Assembly (NCBI GenBank): GCA_001949185.1
Contig: BDGG01000011.1
Span: forward strand, 765,552-829,551
Length of the DNA: 64,000 nt
Direction: 5' to 3'
Source: Ramazzottius varieornatus
Lineage: Eukaryota; Animalia; Tardigrada
Program-made: the position numbers and the translations under genes
The notes under the pieces: model-generated
Told to the model about the DNA's origin: nothing
Databases searched by the model: none
What the model saw: only the letters and a program-made list of their open reading frames with translations
Part shown: one piece after another, positions 11,230 to 24,169 of the stretch
Position numbering within the stretch: the first letter of the stretch is position 1
Layout of the letters: every line of letters begins with the position of its first letter

Positions 11230-13096
11230 TCAGGAGATGTCCATGGGGTCGCACACAGCGGAGGAAACCGTAGTGGCACAAATAGCTGTGGAGCCTGTGC
11301 TTAATCGGTAGCGGGTTCCGCTAGGACAAGTACACCGACCAGTCTGACAGACCAAGCTGGTGCCGGAAGGTATGTTGGCGCCGTTGCCACCAGTCATGAC
11401 TGCCGTTCCACAATCTCGGTCTGACAAACAGTATAAGCCATAGGCCGCTACAAATCACCTTCCTGTCAAGGGACATCACTGCCGGCCACTACTTATGGGT
11501 GCAAGACAGGCCATCCTTGCGCTGACGATAAAGAGGTGGACACGAGCAGACTCCTCGTACTTCGGGGTTCGACGCGTTACTCTTGAGGCATACCTGGTTG
11601 TATGGACGAGCCGACAAGCAGTGACCGTTATCGAAACAGCTGCTGCCGAAGCTTGACACTGACATAAAAAGGGTTGCAGAATTGCCCAGTGCAAGCTCGG
11701 TAAACAGACGCGACAAGAGTGTTTTTCCCACAGTGGCGCATGTTTCCGGTGCTACTAACTGGAAGCGTGCGCCACTTGTAAAATGATCTCGTCGAGTTTG
11801 TTCACAACTTCATACAAGTCACCTATACATCACGTGGTGGCGTCAGTGGGTAGTGTCAAATTTTTTGTCCAGTTAACCAAGCCCGTACTATTTTCCGGAA
11901 TATTGGAAGCAGTGGAAGCCGACAAGCTGCAGGTGCAACGGCGTAACAACGGGTCGCATCTAACAGAATTTAGACGTTGCGCCACCTGGGGTGGTACCGT
12001 TAGGGCAAGCGCTCGGCACTGCCACGCAGTCGATCTTTGAAAGATCTGAAACTTAAACCTATTCCGATAAAGAAATAAAACTTTTCTAAAGCCCAGTCTG
12101 TGTGCATCAAGAAAATACTAACCGTCGCACCCGGTGCCGGCTGCATTACTGCGTGTTCGAGGAGGGCAGACGTAAGACCCAGTGGTCGCGGAGCAGATGT
12201 ATTGTGGATTGCGTCGAGTACACTCCCCCACCTTCTTTCGACAATCCAGCCCTGTTAGAGAAGCATGAGTTATGTTGTTATGTTGGAGTTATGTTGGTGG
12301 CGCACGCGGTCAGCATTATAAACTGGAAGCGTGCGTTACTTCGAAAAACAATCTTGAAGAGTTTTCCCAAGTGGCGCATATCTCTTGTGCTGTTTGCTTG
12401 AAGTGCGCCACTTAAAAAAACGATCATGTCGAGTTTATTTTCCTGTTTCCTATGTTTACCACGGAAAATCCCTGTGAGTCGGAAGACGGCCATACTTACT
12501 GACAGTACATCCGGTGGAATTTGCGTCAGCTTCCCAGTCAGTGGTGCACTGGCACCGTTTGATGTTCGCTGTGGTCAATGGGCGGCAAAGAGTGTGGCTG
12601 AAACTGGAGCAGTCTTCGTCACTGTTGCAAACGGTCTGGCTCAATGGAACAGTGGGATCTAGAAATCAAGAAATATATCCAGCTGTCTCCTTAGGAAATC
12701 TAACTTATGAGAGGAAGAACCTACTGATAACACAGTGTTCGTTGCCGTCCGCGACGAAGCCCGGAAGACAGCCGCAATTAGATTCCACTCCGGGAGGTGG
12801 CGGCACTCGCTCCACTGCAGACCATGTTGTTGCCGTTGCAAGGGACGGGGAAGGTTGAATCGGTGCTGCATTCATCTCCCACGTTCCATCCGCCTGTTCC
12901 TCATCCTCTTCTCGGAGAAGTCTTTGGCCGACAAACCTCGACCCGAAGAGGAAGAGAAACCGGCTTCGATCCACACCAGACAACAAGACTGCAACGAGAC
13001 GTTCGTACTGTAAACTTTGTCCCGACGCAAATAATACAGTAGGGAAATTAGACGTACCAGCAGTAAGACGAACAAACGGCTCCCAGTTGACGCCAT
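11230..13096 (-). CDS. Secreted cysteine-rich protein with repeated EB/EGF-like modules (multi-exon)
   Basis: Hydrophobic N-terminus; repeated C-x4/5-C...C...CxC-x9/11-C modules (CNSDEDC..RCQCTTDW, CFDNGHC..CSCPPLY, CLSDRDC..CTCPSGT). Confidence 0.65.
11693..11810. repeat. Palindromic element (Cys-rich gene intron)
   Basis: Full arms plus core, 25-bp spacer. Confidence 0.9.
12290..12447. repeat. Palindromic element, 2 units (Cys-rich gene intron)
   Basis: Two cores. Confidence 0.85.
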
Positions 13097-13719
13097 TTGT
13101 GCAGCCTAAGTACTGCAAGTTCCTTCTGTTTGAACTGTAAGTCACTTTTGTAGCGAAGAGAGACACAGCCGAACTACTGAACATCTTGAGACCGAAGACG
13201 GGGAGCTTTTATAGGTGGTAGCTTCGGTCAGTCGAAGAACTCCAAAACATTTGCATACGAACTCATCACGTAAACTAATAAAAATGATGATACGCCAATA
13301 ACGTAGTTTCACGACGGCACGCTCGTCAATGCCGGGGATCCATATCAAGTCCGCCGTTTCGGTGTGCATGAGTTCGCCACAGACGTCAGTAGCGTTTCAT
13401 TCAATAAAAAATTGCCCACCGTTCCACTCTTTCGAAAAAATATGAGCAGTCATAAACCTGGAAAATAATATCAACAAGGTGCTAGATAGATTAAACACAC
13501 TCAAGTTTTTCCTCGATTTGCAGAGTGTTCCCATATGGCACCAGATGCGCAAGGCAAAGCGCAACACCGGTGTGTGAACCTCTTTTACAACCCTCGGCGA
13601 ACTTGATGGAAACAACGTGACGACCGTTACGAACGCAACGTTTCTATGTTTTTGTCACACCTTCAGGCGTGGTGTGGCACAGAACAAAAACACTGGAGAA
13701 TTGGATGCTCGCGGAAAAT

Positions 13720-13845
13720 GGGACATGAACAAACAATTTCGGCAAAATTCTTCTTCCAGGTGACGCAAACTTACAGTACTACTAGCTGGGCACATGCGCC
13801 ACTTGGCAAAGCGATCGTGACGAGTTTGTCCGTCAAAGTTTCACA
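13720..13845. repeat. Palindromic element
   Basis: AGGTGACGCAA...ATGCGCCACTT with arms. Confidence 0.75.
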
Positions 13846-15454
13846 GAGCTTCTCGTAAAAACAGAGCGGTACTGCCGCTTGACAATGTGCCGACAACAAA
13901 GCGTAAACTACAAATGCTTGTAGACGGAAATAGTAGTCTTTCTCCAGTTTGGGAGTGTAAGCATCGAGCCGTACGTGCCCGGAAGAAAGCGCGCCCAGTT
14001 ACGGCTCTTGCTGGTGGCTGGCAAACATCGTGCGTTTACCAATGCCAAAGCCGAAGATACTGCGTTCCCGTTGGGTACCACGTGAATCCAAGGGTCGAAG
14101 CAGACGGAGACTGCGAATGGTTGCAGGGACAAGAAAGGCCGTTTGTCGCATTCTCCGCCAATTTGCACCGCTTCTTGACCAAACCAATGGATTTTGCGGA
14201 TACGCCCTCTCCCAGCTGGTAGCGACCAGCGATGACCATCCCAAAAGCCAGAAGAAGCCGAAGATAGCAATCCAACACCCTTCCATAGTATCAACGTCTC
14301 AAGGCTCACTAAACCGACTGATCGAATGAAGCCAGGATTCTGATAATGTGGTTATTTTTCTGAAAATAAGTCATCATCGACAGCTGTCTTTTCCGCCACG
14401 ATGGAAGGAAGGATGACGCCTGAGCGGTTATAACGCAGAGAACAACAACGCAAATTGTCACATCTGTACATACAGGAAAGCCTTTCCCAGCGGCCTATGT
14501 TTTCTTGGAAGTTTTACTGCTACGATGAGAAGCAGCGATGCTACAACGTAGACCAACATTAAGACGTCCCAATGTCCACCCGAGACTTTGGCTAATCCTC
14601 CCGCTGACAGCTGTGGAGCCTCCATCAATAGGAGCGACACCACCCTGTAATCATGCGTCGCGCTCGTCGAGCCTTCATTTTCTCGCCCCAATCACGCTCG
14701 AGGCGCCAACACTGCCACCATGCAAATCCAGATATGCATTCGCAAGCTTGCCCCAAACCTTTTACGACAACCGCAACATCCTGTTTTCCCCCTCCGGAAT
14801 GTGGCAAGTGAATTGCGACGCATTCACTGACGTCGACCAATACATTCATTCGCGATCGTTAAGAACTTGATACTGGGCACAAGTCCTTGCCGGCCACTGT
14901 CAAACCGTGGTCCGCGACAACAATTAATTGTTGCCTTTGAATTTGCAGACTTTGTATATCGGTCGGTTACTGGTGAAGGCTCCGAGTGCGCCAAACATGA
15001 GGGCACTTCCTTGGTTTTCTTGCCTGCTACAGCTCAGCTAGTAAATAATTTCCCGGGAATCCAGTCGACTGCAGCGATCAACGTGATGAACTAAGAGGCA
15101 AGAAAGAAGCGGCATCTCCCGCTTTCAGGCCTTCCTAGTCGACGTTTCGTCCAGTCTGACAAACTACGGTCTGCGGGGTACTTGGAGTGGACAGTCTTAG
15201 ACTTGTACAACTGTGTGGGCTGGATCGTTGGACAGTCCGGCCGACCATGTCCATCTGCAAGTCGTAATGCCTGTTTAGCGAGATGCGGACAAAGTGGCTC
15301 GCTCTTCACCTCGAGTACTCGCTACTTGTTTGTCTTTAGCTCTCTCCATCTCCAAGCTCAAACGCCAACGTCGGAGCTGTGCAAACGACAGACCTAACGT
15401 CGCCTCTGTACCAAGCATCGCATGATGTTTCCGATCCCTGACCTGTGCTGAATT

Positions 15455-18012
15455 ATGGGCCACCTGTGGATCACCTTGTTCTCTGTCTTCTTCTTACTGG
15501 TGGGACACCTTCTTCACGCGCTAAACGGTAAGAAAAATTTGAGTCTCACAAACTCGACAAGATCATTTTTTCCAATTGGCGGACGTTTCCGGTGTTGCTG
15601 GCTGCACTCGTGCACCACATGGGTGGCGTTCCCGAGTGGCGCATGCTTCCAGCCAATATCACTGATAGCGTGCGCGACTTTGGGAAACGGATTGACGGGT
15701 TTGTTTGCCGCAATGGCGGATCGGCTCCTAGTGTGCAAACGTACAGTACACAGTCATGGAGTATGAAATTTGTCGTGGTCCGCAGATCCGGAATTCGAGC
15801 ATCCCCACCGTGGGTGTTATTATACCAACTGGGCACAATATCGCAAGTATCCAGGGCGCTTTACGGTGGCTGATGTTGACTCCAGTCTCTGCACTTACAT
15901 TGTGGTGGCCTTTGGAAAGATCGAGAACAATAGCTTGACGACGCTTGAATGGAATGACGAGGGTCGGTATACTCGTTGCATAACCTGGGCTTTTCTTGCC
16001 GTAACGCCAATAATGACTTGACTTGTTGGCAGAAACCTTTCGAAAGCTGGTGGCATTACGCGATGACTCGCGGCCCTCGCTCAAGATCCTACTGAGCATT
16101 GGCGGATGGACCTTGAGTAATCAGCTTATTGCCGTCTCCAAGACCAAGCAAAGCCGCACAGCCTTCGCAGCCAGTGTCGTCAGGAACCTGCGCTACTGGG
16201 AACTCGACGGGCTGGATGTCGACTGGGAGTATCCCGATGCTGCTCTCAAAGAACAGTATTCAGCCTTGCTCCTGGTAATTGATAACTAGAAATGCGGTAA
16301 ACAAGCTCGGCCAGACGCTTTTCCAAAGTGGCGCGCGGCTTCAGTGTACATCGTTGGAAGCCTGCGCCACTCAGCAAGCTCGACAAGACTATTTTCCCAA
16401 GTGGCGCATGCTCAAAGCGTTGTTAGCTGGGACCATGCGCCACTGGAAACAATAACCTTTCAAGTTACGTTTGCCGACCTCCCAGACAGTTGAGACTTGA
16501 CAAAAAGCTGTAAAAGATGTAACCCTCCTTCCAGGTCCTGCGGGAGGCATTTGAAGTCGAGGCCAAGGAACGGTCGATTCCGCGTCTGGCTTTAGCTGCC
16601 GCCGTCCACTTTACTTCCGATGGCGGCTACGACGGTAAAGTTCTGGACCAGACGCTGGACCTGGTTAACGTCATGTCCTACGACCTGCACGGCGCATGGG
16701 ACCGCGAGAAAGTCGGTCACCACGCGCCACTCTTCCGCGGACCCTTCGGCCAGGTCTCTGGCCAGTCCGTCTCAGCTGTGGTCAAAGCCTGGGAGCATCT
16801 CGGCGTTTCTAAAAACAAGCTAGTCGTGGGTTTGCCCATGTATGGACGAGGCTGGATCTTGGGCAACAGTACATCTCGCGGGTTGGGAGCTGCAGCCACG
16901 GACCCTATTGGTACCAGTAACTACACGGGAGAAAACGGTGCCTGGCCCTTCTATGAGATCTGCCAAAGAGTAAAGGCCGAACGGGCAACGTATGTCTTTG
17001 ACAAGGATATACAGTCGGCTTATGCTTACACGCCGGAGTGGTGGATCGGCTACGATGATCGAATCACGATCGCCGCAAAGGTAACATCAATCTAACATTT
17101 ACAAGCTGGACCAACCACTTGGCAAGATTCCTCATTCAAGTGACGCGTACTTGTGGCCAATCACACTGGAAACATGCGCCAATTAGGAAAGCTCCACAAG
17201 ACTGCTCATCCCCGTGGCGCACGCTTCTAGCCAATAACACTGAAGAAATGCGTCACTTGGGAAAACAATCTTATCGAGTTTGATTGGCGAGCTCCCATAT
17301 ATTCCCTCATTGCGAAACTACTGAAAGATATCTTCGGCTACAGGTGAAATGGACCATGACCAGCGGCTATGGCGGCGTCTACGTGTGGGACTTGGCTCAA
17401 GATGACTTTCACAATAGCTGCGGCATGGGACACTACCCGCTCCTGAATGTCATTAGAGACGTCCTGAATCCCAACTTCAACTCCCGAAGACTGCTACAGA
17501 CTACTCCTAAAACAACCCAGACAACTTTAACAACGACAGCTGCCACCACCCCGGAACTCGAGGAGCAGCGTCCAGTGTGGGTTGACGTGCAGGAAACCTC
17601 GCTGAGGCAACAATGGACCAGCAGTACCACGCGCGCTCGGCCGCTGGCTTTCCCCCTGGGTGGCGCACTGACCGGCAAACCTTTCTTACCTAAACCTTCC
17701 GTGGGAAAACTAGGCACGAAGAGCTATTTTATTCCCGCTTCATTTCCTTTTCTTCCTAGGAAATAAATCTTCTGATCTGATATTTGGTTTGATGTTGCAG
17801 CGTGCGACAAGAGCTTTTGCCAATGGAACGGACCGGGCTCTTTCGCCATTGGACGGTGCGAAATCAAGTACTGCGACTGTGATGCGGGAAATAACCCATA
17901 CAGTCGAGAATGTATTGGAGGATTGGTTTATGATACACTGAGCAAGTTTTGCAACTGGCAAGAAAATGTCGAAGGCTGTCCTCGCTTTTCCCCGTCGAAA
18001 AGCGAAGCCTAA
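15455..18012 (+). CDS. GH18 chitinase with signal peptide, Thr-rich linker and C-terminal CBM14
   Basis: GCYYTNWAQYR, LLSIGGW, catalytic DGLDVDWEYP, VMSYDLHGAW, YGGVYVWDLAQDDF; terminal six-Cys chitin-binding domain ending ...CNWQENVEGC. Confidence 0.95.
15541..15712. repeat. Palindromic element, 2 units (chitinase intron 1)
   Basis: Arms plus two cores. Confidence 0.85.
16293..16485. repeat. Palindromic element, 2 units (chitinase intron)
   Basis: Cores at 16328 and 16401. Confidence 0.9.
17120..17297. repeat. Palindromic element, 2 units (chitinase intron)
   Basis: Two cores; ends GGCGAGCTCCC. Confidence 0.9.
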
Positions 18013-18113
18013 GATTTGCTTCTTTGTCCATGTGAATATGCGCCGTCTCTTATAGCCACGAATAAAAAATAACAGTGAGACTGACTTGGTATCTTAACTT
18101 CATTGGTCGGTCT

Positions 18114-20075
18114 TCAAGGTTCCTGAATGTCCTCATCCGTCACTGGAAGAATGACAGTATCGATGACGTGGACCACTCCATTGGCAGTCGAGTTGTCAGG
18201 GACCAGAATTTCAATATTGCCGTTGATATAAATGGGGCGATCTAGAAAAAGAAAATCTTCATTGAAGATGCCCAAAACTGGGCTATACCGTAAGCTCGGC
18301 AGACAAACCGGACGTCTTCCGAAGTGGCGCACGTCACCGGTGTTACTGGCTGGACGCGTGCGCCACTTGGAAAAACCATCTCGTCCAGCTTGTCAGGCGA
18401 GCTTCAAGTGCGTAATAATTATGTAGGAAGGAAGTGATGCTGTGCTTACCTTTAGGTTTAGTAATGGTCAGGTAGGTAGTCCAGTTCGTTATTGGCACTT
18501 TCTCGCCATTGACCCATCCGTTGGAAAAGTACGCCCCCAGTTCAGTGATGTGGTTCAGTAAGACTCCTACAGAAGCAGAAACCCACCCATGCTCAGTTGG
18601 ACAAGGAAAAAACTAGTCTGCCTTGTGTTCAGTGTACATACGTTTGCGGAAATCTGTTTCTTTGTTCAGCCTGCTACGTGTGACGTTGGATAGTTTGCCG
18701 AATGCTTCGTTATCGGGAGCAAATAGCGTATGTACGCGAGCGGTGGCTGTGAATATTATAAATAAAAAGCATAATCATGGGAATGAGTGATCAGCGGTGG
18801 GTACTGGACAAGAAATCTTACAATTGAGTAAGTAGAGTGCTTCAGGGGTCTTCCTAATCAAGTCGAACATCATGGAAGTTTCGGTATCGTTCAGGAGTTC
18901 CATAGTCGACTGGTATGCGACGTGAAGCACCACTTCGTCCAGAAAGTGAATGATGCCGTTGCTGGCCAAGTAGTCTCTTCGGCCACTGTTGACCACCGCT
19001 CCTTGGTAGGTCGTAATCTGGAATAGATACCGATGCTTGGAAAGAATCCAGGAAGACGATCAGGAGGAGGCTCAGCATGGACCTACACGAAGGAAATCGA
19101 CAAGAGTGTTCTTTCAAGCGGCGCAACCTTCAAGCTCACACCACCGGAAAGGTGCGCCACTTGAGAAAACAATCGTGCCGAGTTTCTTTCCTGAGACCAC
19201 GTCTCTCAACCGTGATTTCTCGATTACTACTGAAGCTACAACATAGGTGGTACTATTCCTTTTTACTTACGTTCGCTTGGGCAGTGTGGTTGTAAATGTT
19301 GACGCGGGCTCCGAAAGGGACTTGATGGACGGACGCCGCTGTGGCGTACACCACTTCATCAGCCAGCCTGTCCGCCGTAAACTGTCCTTGGACAATGTGA
19401 TACCTACAAAATAAACGATAGGGTTATTCACCAGTGGACCCTAATCTTTCTTGCATATCTGGAATCAGGGATCGACACTCAAAAAACAAACCCAACGAGA
19501 CTTCGGAATTTGAACGTACTTGAGCAGTTCTTGGTACCGGTCCATGTGTTTCCGGAAGTAATTGCGAGCACCTTCGGGCATTGCTCGGAAAGCATCGGCG
19601 CTTGGGATAAACACCGTGACATCCCCTACAAACCCGAAAGAGAAACCACATGAAGCCCCACACATCCCCGTGTTTGTGACTGAGTAAGCCTAAATTTCAC
19701 CTAGGCAAACAGACCCGGCAATATCAGTTTTCAAAAAATGGCGTACGCTTCCAGCCAATAACACTGGAAATGTGCGCTTCCAGCCATTGAAGCCGCAAAA
19801 TTGCGCCTCTTGAAAGAAGTGTCCAGCCGAGCGAGTTTGCCAGGGTCCGAAATTATTACGCCTAAGATCTTACGGAGATTCCTAACAAAGTCAGTCAAAT
19901 TAGTTTCATCCAGTGCAGTGAGGAAACCGTATGCGCCACCCAGACGGTCAGCCGTCTCGATAATGTCCAAAGTTGGCCGGTTCCGTGGATCGGTCTTCGT
20001 ATCGTCAAGAATGGCTCCATGAACAGCCACAAGAGCCAGTAAGAACGAGAGTACGACAAACACAGAGCGAGCCAT
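18114..20075 (-). CDS. Secreted fasciclin (FAS1) domain protein with two FAS1 domains
   Basis: Signal peptide; VTVFIPSADAF, ASNGIIHFLDEV, TLFAPDNEAF, TANGVVHVIDTVILP (H1/H2 motifs). Confidence 0.9.
18293..18405. repeat. Palindromic element (fasciclin intron)
   Basis: Arms plus core. Confidence 0.9.
19090..19195. repeat. Palindromic element (fasciclin intron)
   Basis: AAGCGGCGCAA...GTGCGCCACTT. Confidence 0.85.
19702..19842. repeat. Palindromic element (fasciclin intron)
   Basis: Contains the consensus-like spacer GCTTCCAGCCAATAACACTGGAAAT. Confidence 0.8.
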
Positions 20076-20454
20076 GATGATCATTCGAAGAGAGCTGCAA
20101 ACCAAGAATCGAGATGACCTGTAGTGTGTGGAAGTGAAATGGAATATTCCGAAGGCCGACCGTCGAAACTGGGTCTCCTAATCAAACGTCGAATGTGGAG
20201 ATATCGAAGCTGACTATCTTCTTTGCTTGCCTATCTCAAGTTCATCGCAAATACGCCGCCCGTCCAGTATAACGCAGCTTACTTTAGGACATCAACAATC
20301 AACTTTCCATACAACAAAGCCTTCGTTCGTACCTTCACCCATGTTCGCAACCCTCTGCTAGCCTCCTCACGGAAACATTTGAATATTTAGATTTGATTTT
20401 CAAACAGAAATGCGAATGATGCTTCCCAGAGAGGCTGCATAACTTTTTCGTGAG

Positions 20455-20680
20455 GAACCAAGATTTTTTACCCAAGTGGCGCACGCTTCCGGCAACTATT
20501 ACCGAAGACTTGAGCCAGTTGGGTAAACTCGACAAGATCGTTCTCCTAAGTGACGTCCGCTTATAGTTCAACTGATTTGAAGCGTGCGCCACTCAGAAAA
20601 GCTCTTGTCAATTCTGCTCAGGTTTTCTGAGTGGCGCACGCTTTCATTATTATCGACTGAATGAGTGCGCCACCTGTGAA
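20455..20680. repeat. Palindromic element, 3 units (intergenic)
   Basis: Three cores. Confidence 0.85.
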
Positions 20681-21177
20681 AGCCATCAGAGCTTCCAAAA
20701 TCATCGGGGATCATGCAAACAGTCTAAAAAGTGGCACATTTCCGCAACCGATGGCGAACACTCCGAAAACGCCTTCGCAAATTCCTTTTTCATCGTAAAG
20801 CTTTGCCAAGTTGCTACTTGGGCGAAAGGGCTCCTCGGCCGATGTTAGAAACACGTTTTGACCTTCTGAGCCAGCACAAGTCTGACCTTTTCCCGCCCAA
20901 ACGTGACCCTTGACCATGGTCAGCACCAACGTCTTTGTTCTAATCTCACCACACTTTCAGATATTCTTCAGAAAGCACTCAGAACCGCTGCTGACGCCAC
21001 GGTCACGGCACACGTCGCCACTTCTACCTCCGAGCACAAAGCCCACTTCACACCCGGTTCCTTCCGCACGCGACCCTCCAGAACGTGAAAACCGTGATTC
21101 ATATAAAAACCGACCTGGTCCTTTCTTCCCCAACACTTATCCTCTTTCCTCGTTAAATTGACTTCCCAGCGGGAGAA

Positions 21178-22560
21178 ATGGCTTTCCTCTCGGGTTTCGT
21201 TCTCGTCCTGATGGCCGCAGCTGCCACCGCCCACTTTGCGGGTCTTCACCGCCCCGCCAACGGACAGTGGCATTCTCTAGCCGGCAACTGGAGCCACCGT
21301 CCTCACGGCAACTGGAGTCACCATCTTCACGGAAACTGGAGCCACCGTCCTCACGGAAACTGGACAGGTCGTCTGCAGTGGATGGCCGGAGGACGCCCTA
21401 ACCGGCCATTCAACCTGCGACCTCGCTTTGGCCTGAACTCCTTCCCCGCACAAGCTCTCCAGGCCTTCAAGGAGCCACCTCCATCCGAGCCGCAGGAAGC
21501 CTTCCCCGATCAGTCGGCGCAGTCACCCCCTTTCGCTCCTCCTTCCGCTTTCTCTCCTTCCACGGACAGCCAGCAACCTGCCGACTCTCTCATGTCCATC
21601 ATGCCTTTCCCCATGCCCTTCATGCCTCCCGGTTTGTTCCCCTTTCCTGAGAAGAACAACGAGTCCGAGGCTGTGCCTCCGCCGGAAATGCCATCGGAGA
21701 TGTTCACCATGTTTGCGCCTTTCGGCCAAAGCGACTTTAGATTTCCAGGGGCGCTGCCTGCCGGTAATGAGCAAGCCTTCCAGACCGACGTGATGCCAGC
21801 TGAGCCTGAGAGGCCTGCCCGCAACACCGGTATCGTTCCTCCAGGCTTCCCCTTCCCCTCTGCACAATCCCCAATGGCAGCTGCCGTTCGCCCTCCTTTC
21901 TTTCATCACGGCGCCTCTCACCGTATCAAGCTCCCTTCACGCGCACCTACTAACGAGGCACAGCAGCCTGAAGGACAAAACAGCCTGTCTGTTGTTCACC
22001 TCGGTCCTCGCGATCGTCCCAGCTCTTCCTTGGCTCCTTCGTCGCCCACCGGCCAAGGCTCACTTGCCGTCGTGCACTTACACGCCCGGCCTGCACAGCA
22101 ACTCGCACAAGACCAGCCACCTGCACCACAACAAGAAAACGACGCTCAGCCTCCCAGCATCAAACTACCGGCACGGCAGACCGGTCCTATTCCTCCCCCT
22201 AACCCACCCTCGGCTCCACAACTGAGCGTTGTCCACCTGAACCCACGTCAAGGAAGCGCCTCTAGCCCACCGGCAGCCCAACCAGGCAAACTAGTTTTGG
22301 TCAAATTGCCCAGCCGCCTCACTGCTACACAGTCCACTGCGGGGCAGGACCCACCGCCATCGGCACCAGCTGACGCTGATCAGGGCCAGTTGCCTGTTGT
22401 CGCACTCAGACCAAGACCCCAAGCACCAGCCCAGAACGACGCTCCACCCCAAGAGCCTGTCAGCGCGCCCGCCGATGCCCCGACTTCCGCTGGTGGACAA
22501 GATTCCCCGCAGCTACCAATCGTACATCTGGGCGCTCGTCAGCACGGCGATCTTGGCTAA
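21178..22560 (+). CDS. Intronless secreted Pro/Gln/Ala-rich low-complexity protein (460 aa) with internal repeats; no known family recognised
   Basis: Long ORF, signal peptide MAFLSGFVLVLMAAAATA, TATAAAA near 21102, GNWSHRPH repeats and LxVVHL motifs. Confidence 0.85.
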   Translation: MAFLSGFVLVLMAAAATAHFAGLHRPANGQWHSLAGNWSHRPHGNWSHHLHGNWSHRPHGNWTGRLQWMAGGRPNRPFNLRPRFGLNSFPAQALQAFKEPPPSEPQEAFPDQSAQSPPFAPPSAFSPSTDSQQPADSLMSIMPFPMPFMPPGLFPFPEKNNESEAVPPPEMPSEMFTMFAPFGQSDFRFPGALPAGNEQAFQTDVMPAEPERPARNTGIVPPGFPFPSAQSPMAAAVRPPFFHHGASHRIKLPSRAPTNEAQQPEGQNSLSVVHLGPRDRPSSSLAPSSPTGQGSLAVVHLHARPAQQLAQDQPPAPQQENDAQPPSIKLPARQTGPIPPPNPPSAPQLSVVHLNPRQGSASSPPAAQPGKLVLVKLPSRLTATQSTAGQDPPPSAPADADQGQLPVVALRPRPQAPAQNDAPPQEPVSAPADAPTSAGGQDSPQLPIVHLGARQHGDLG

Positions 22561-22811
22561 GTGTTTCCCCTACTTCTTCCTCCTTAATCCATTCAAATAA
22601 CGAACAGGACTTCCACCTTTGCTGACAGCGTTTCATCACCTTCTTCTTCCTGCAGTCTCATTAGTGGAAGACAAAAACTTGGCTTCCTCATCACACGCTG
22701 CTCTTACATTACAAGAAAATGAGAAAGAAAACTTTTCGCTTTCCCTTCAGACCATAAGAACTATATATTCTAGCGCCTACAGCGCACAACAGCTACAGAC
22801 ATTCCATGATA

Positions 22812-22978
22812 TAGCTTTCTCAAGTCGCGCAGGTTTGCACTGTTAGCCACTAGCACTGTGCGCCGCTTGAAAGCTCGACAGGATTACTTTCCCAACCGGC
22901 GCATCCTTTCAGCCAACATTACTAGGAAAGTGCACCACTTGGGAAAACAATCATGCCGATTTTGTCTGCTGAGATCCC
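22812..22978. repeat. Palindromic element, 2 units (intergenic)
   Basis: Two degenerate cores. Confidence 0.8.
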
Positions 22979-23583
22979 TCGTTGTACATGTTTTCGAATT
23001 TCTCCATGAAATCGTACAGAGAAGGCAAGTTGCTTTAGGCAACCTAACCTCAGACTGGACGAGAAGCCGGAAGTGCGTAAGAATGGGTGCAGTCAGCCGC
23101 AGAAAGAGCGGTGACGTCGAGCTCCAGATAGCAATAGCTTTGTCTAATGCCCCTCCCAACGCAACTGCCGGATATCGTTAGCGCCCTAATGGTTTTTTTC
23201 CCTGTTATATCGGATCCGGGGTTGACCATGTTTTCTGCGCGGTTATCACAGCTTTTGTCGACATCGAACACCGTCAATCTTATAACCGCTAACAGATGGC
23301 AAATTTGACGCCTTACGCTTTTGTCTGCTAAAGCCATACTTATCCAGCCCGGGAGCGGCTTAGATGCCTGCTAGTGACAACAGAAGTCCCGGTATAATGG
23401 TATAAATTCCTAATCGTTTGTGAACCGACACAGATACTCAAAAAAGGGGATCTCTCCATGTTGATTCCAGGATACTTATCAAGTTACATTCGATCCCTGA
23501 ACGTCTCGAACCTCCTCCAACGGTCCATTTTCTCAAGTGTGCTTTCTTGGTTGAGATTCCTCGTCAGAACTGAAAATCTGAAT

Positions 23584-23997
23584 ATGGCTAAGCTTAAAGC
23601 GAGTACTGAATTTGCAGTTCCCTTCCTGCTAATTTGGATGCTGAGTGTGGGACAGATACGCACTTTGATCTTTCCCTATTCGGATAGTCTGGCGACCTTG
23701 AACAGCGGCACACCCTTCATCCTAAGCGACGACGAAGATCAGTCGGAATCTTTCCAGTCAGGAATTCCGCAGTTTGCCCCGCCGCTTCCCGAGAACAACC
23801 TGGATTGGGAAGACAAGGGTGATACGGGGACCATCAAGGACATACCTCACAAGCGACTACGGTTCCTCAGTCACAGTTACTCACAGATGGGTCGCCGGCC
23901 TACCGATCGGATTGGATATGCTTCGAGATCTCCAGCGATCCACACAAGCTATGGGAAGCTACGCCTGATGACCGCTCCTTCCAACGCTAACTCTTGA
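23584..23997 (+). CDS. Small secreted protein, candidate neuropeptide precursor
   Basis: Hydrophobic signal, acidic propeptide, KR-LRFLSHSYSQM-G-RR. Confidence 0.55.
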   Translation: MAKLKASTEFAVPFLLIWMLSVGQIRTLIFPYSDSLATLNSGTPFILSDDEDQSESFQSGIPQFAPPLPENNLDWEDKGDTGTIKDIPHKRLRFLSHSYSQMGRRPTDRIGYASRSPAIHTSYGKLRLMTAPSNANS

Positions 23998-24169
23998 TCT
24001 TTTCGTCTGATCACCGGCAGTTTTCGCCATTTCCATTGCGTGACAAAAATATTTTGAGCTTTTTTAACCTATTTTAAGCAACCTTAACACTCTGCGTCTA
24101 TACGATTAACTATTCTTATTACTACAGTATGCACACGGTATCAGAAAGTCCCTCGAAACCACCGCTGCG

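Noticed and set aside
13887-15397. Several overlapping 70-130 aa ORFs
   Set aside because: No recognisable domain or consistent splice structure, so I cannot support a gene.
15455-18012. Horizontal transfer or bacterial contamination
   Set aside because: All recognisable genes, including the chitinase, are metazoan-type with spliceosomal introns.
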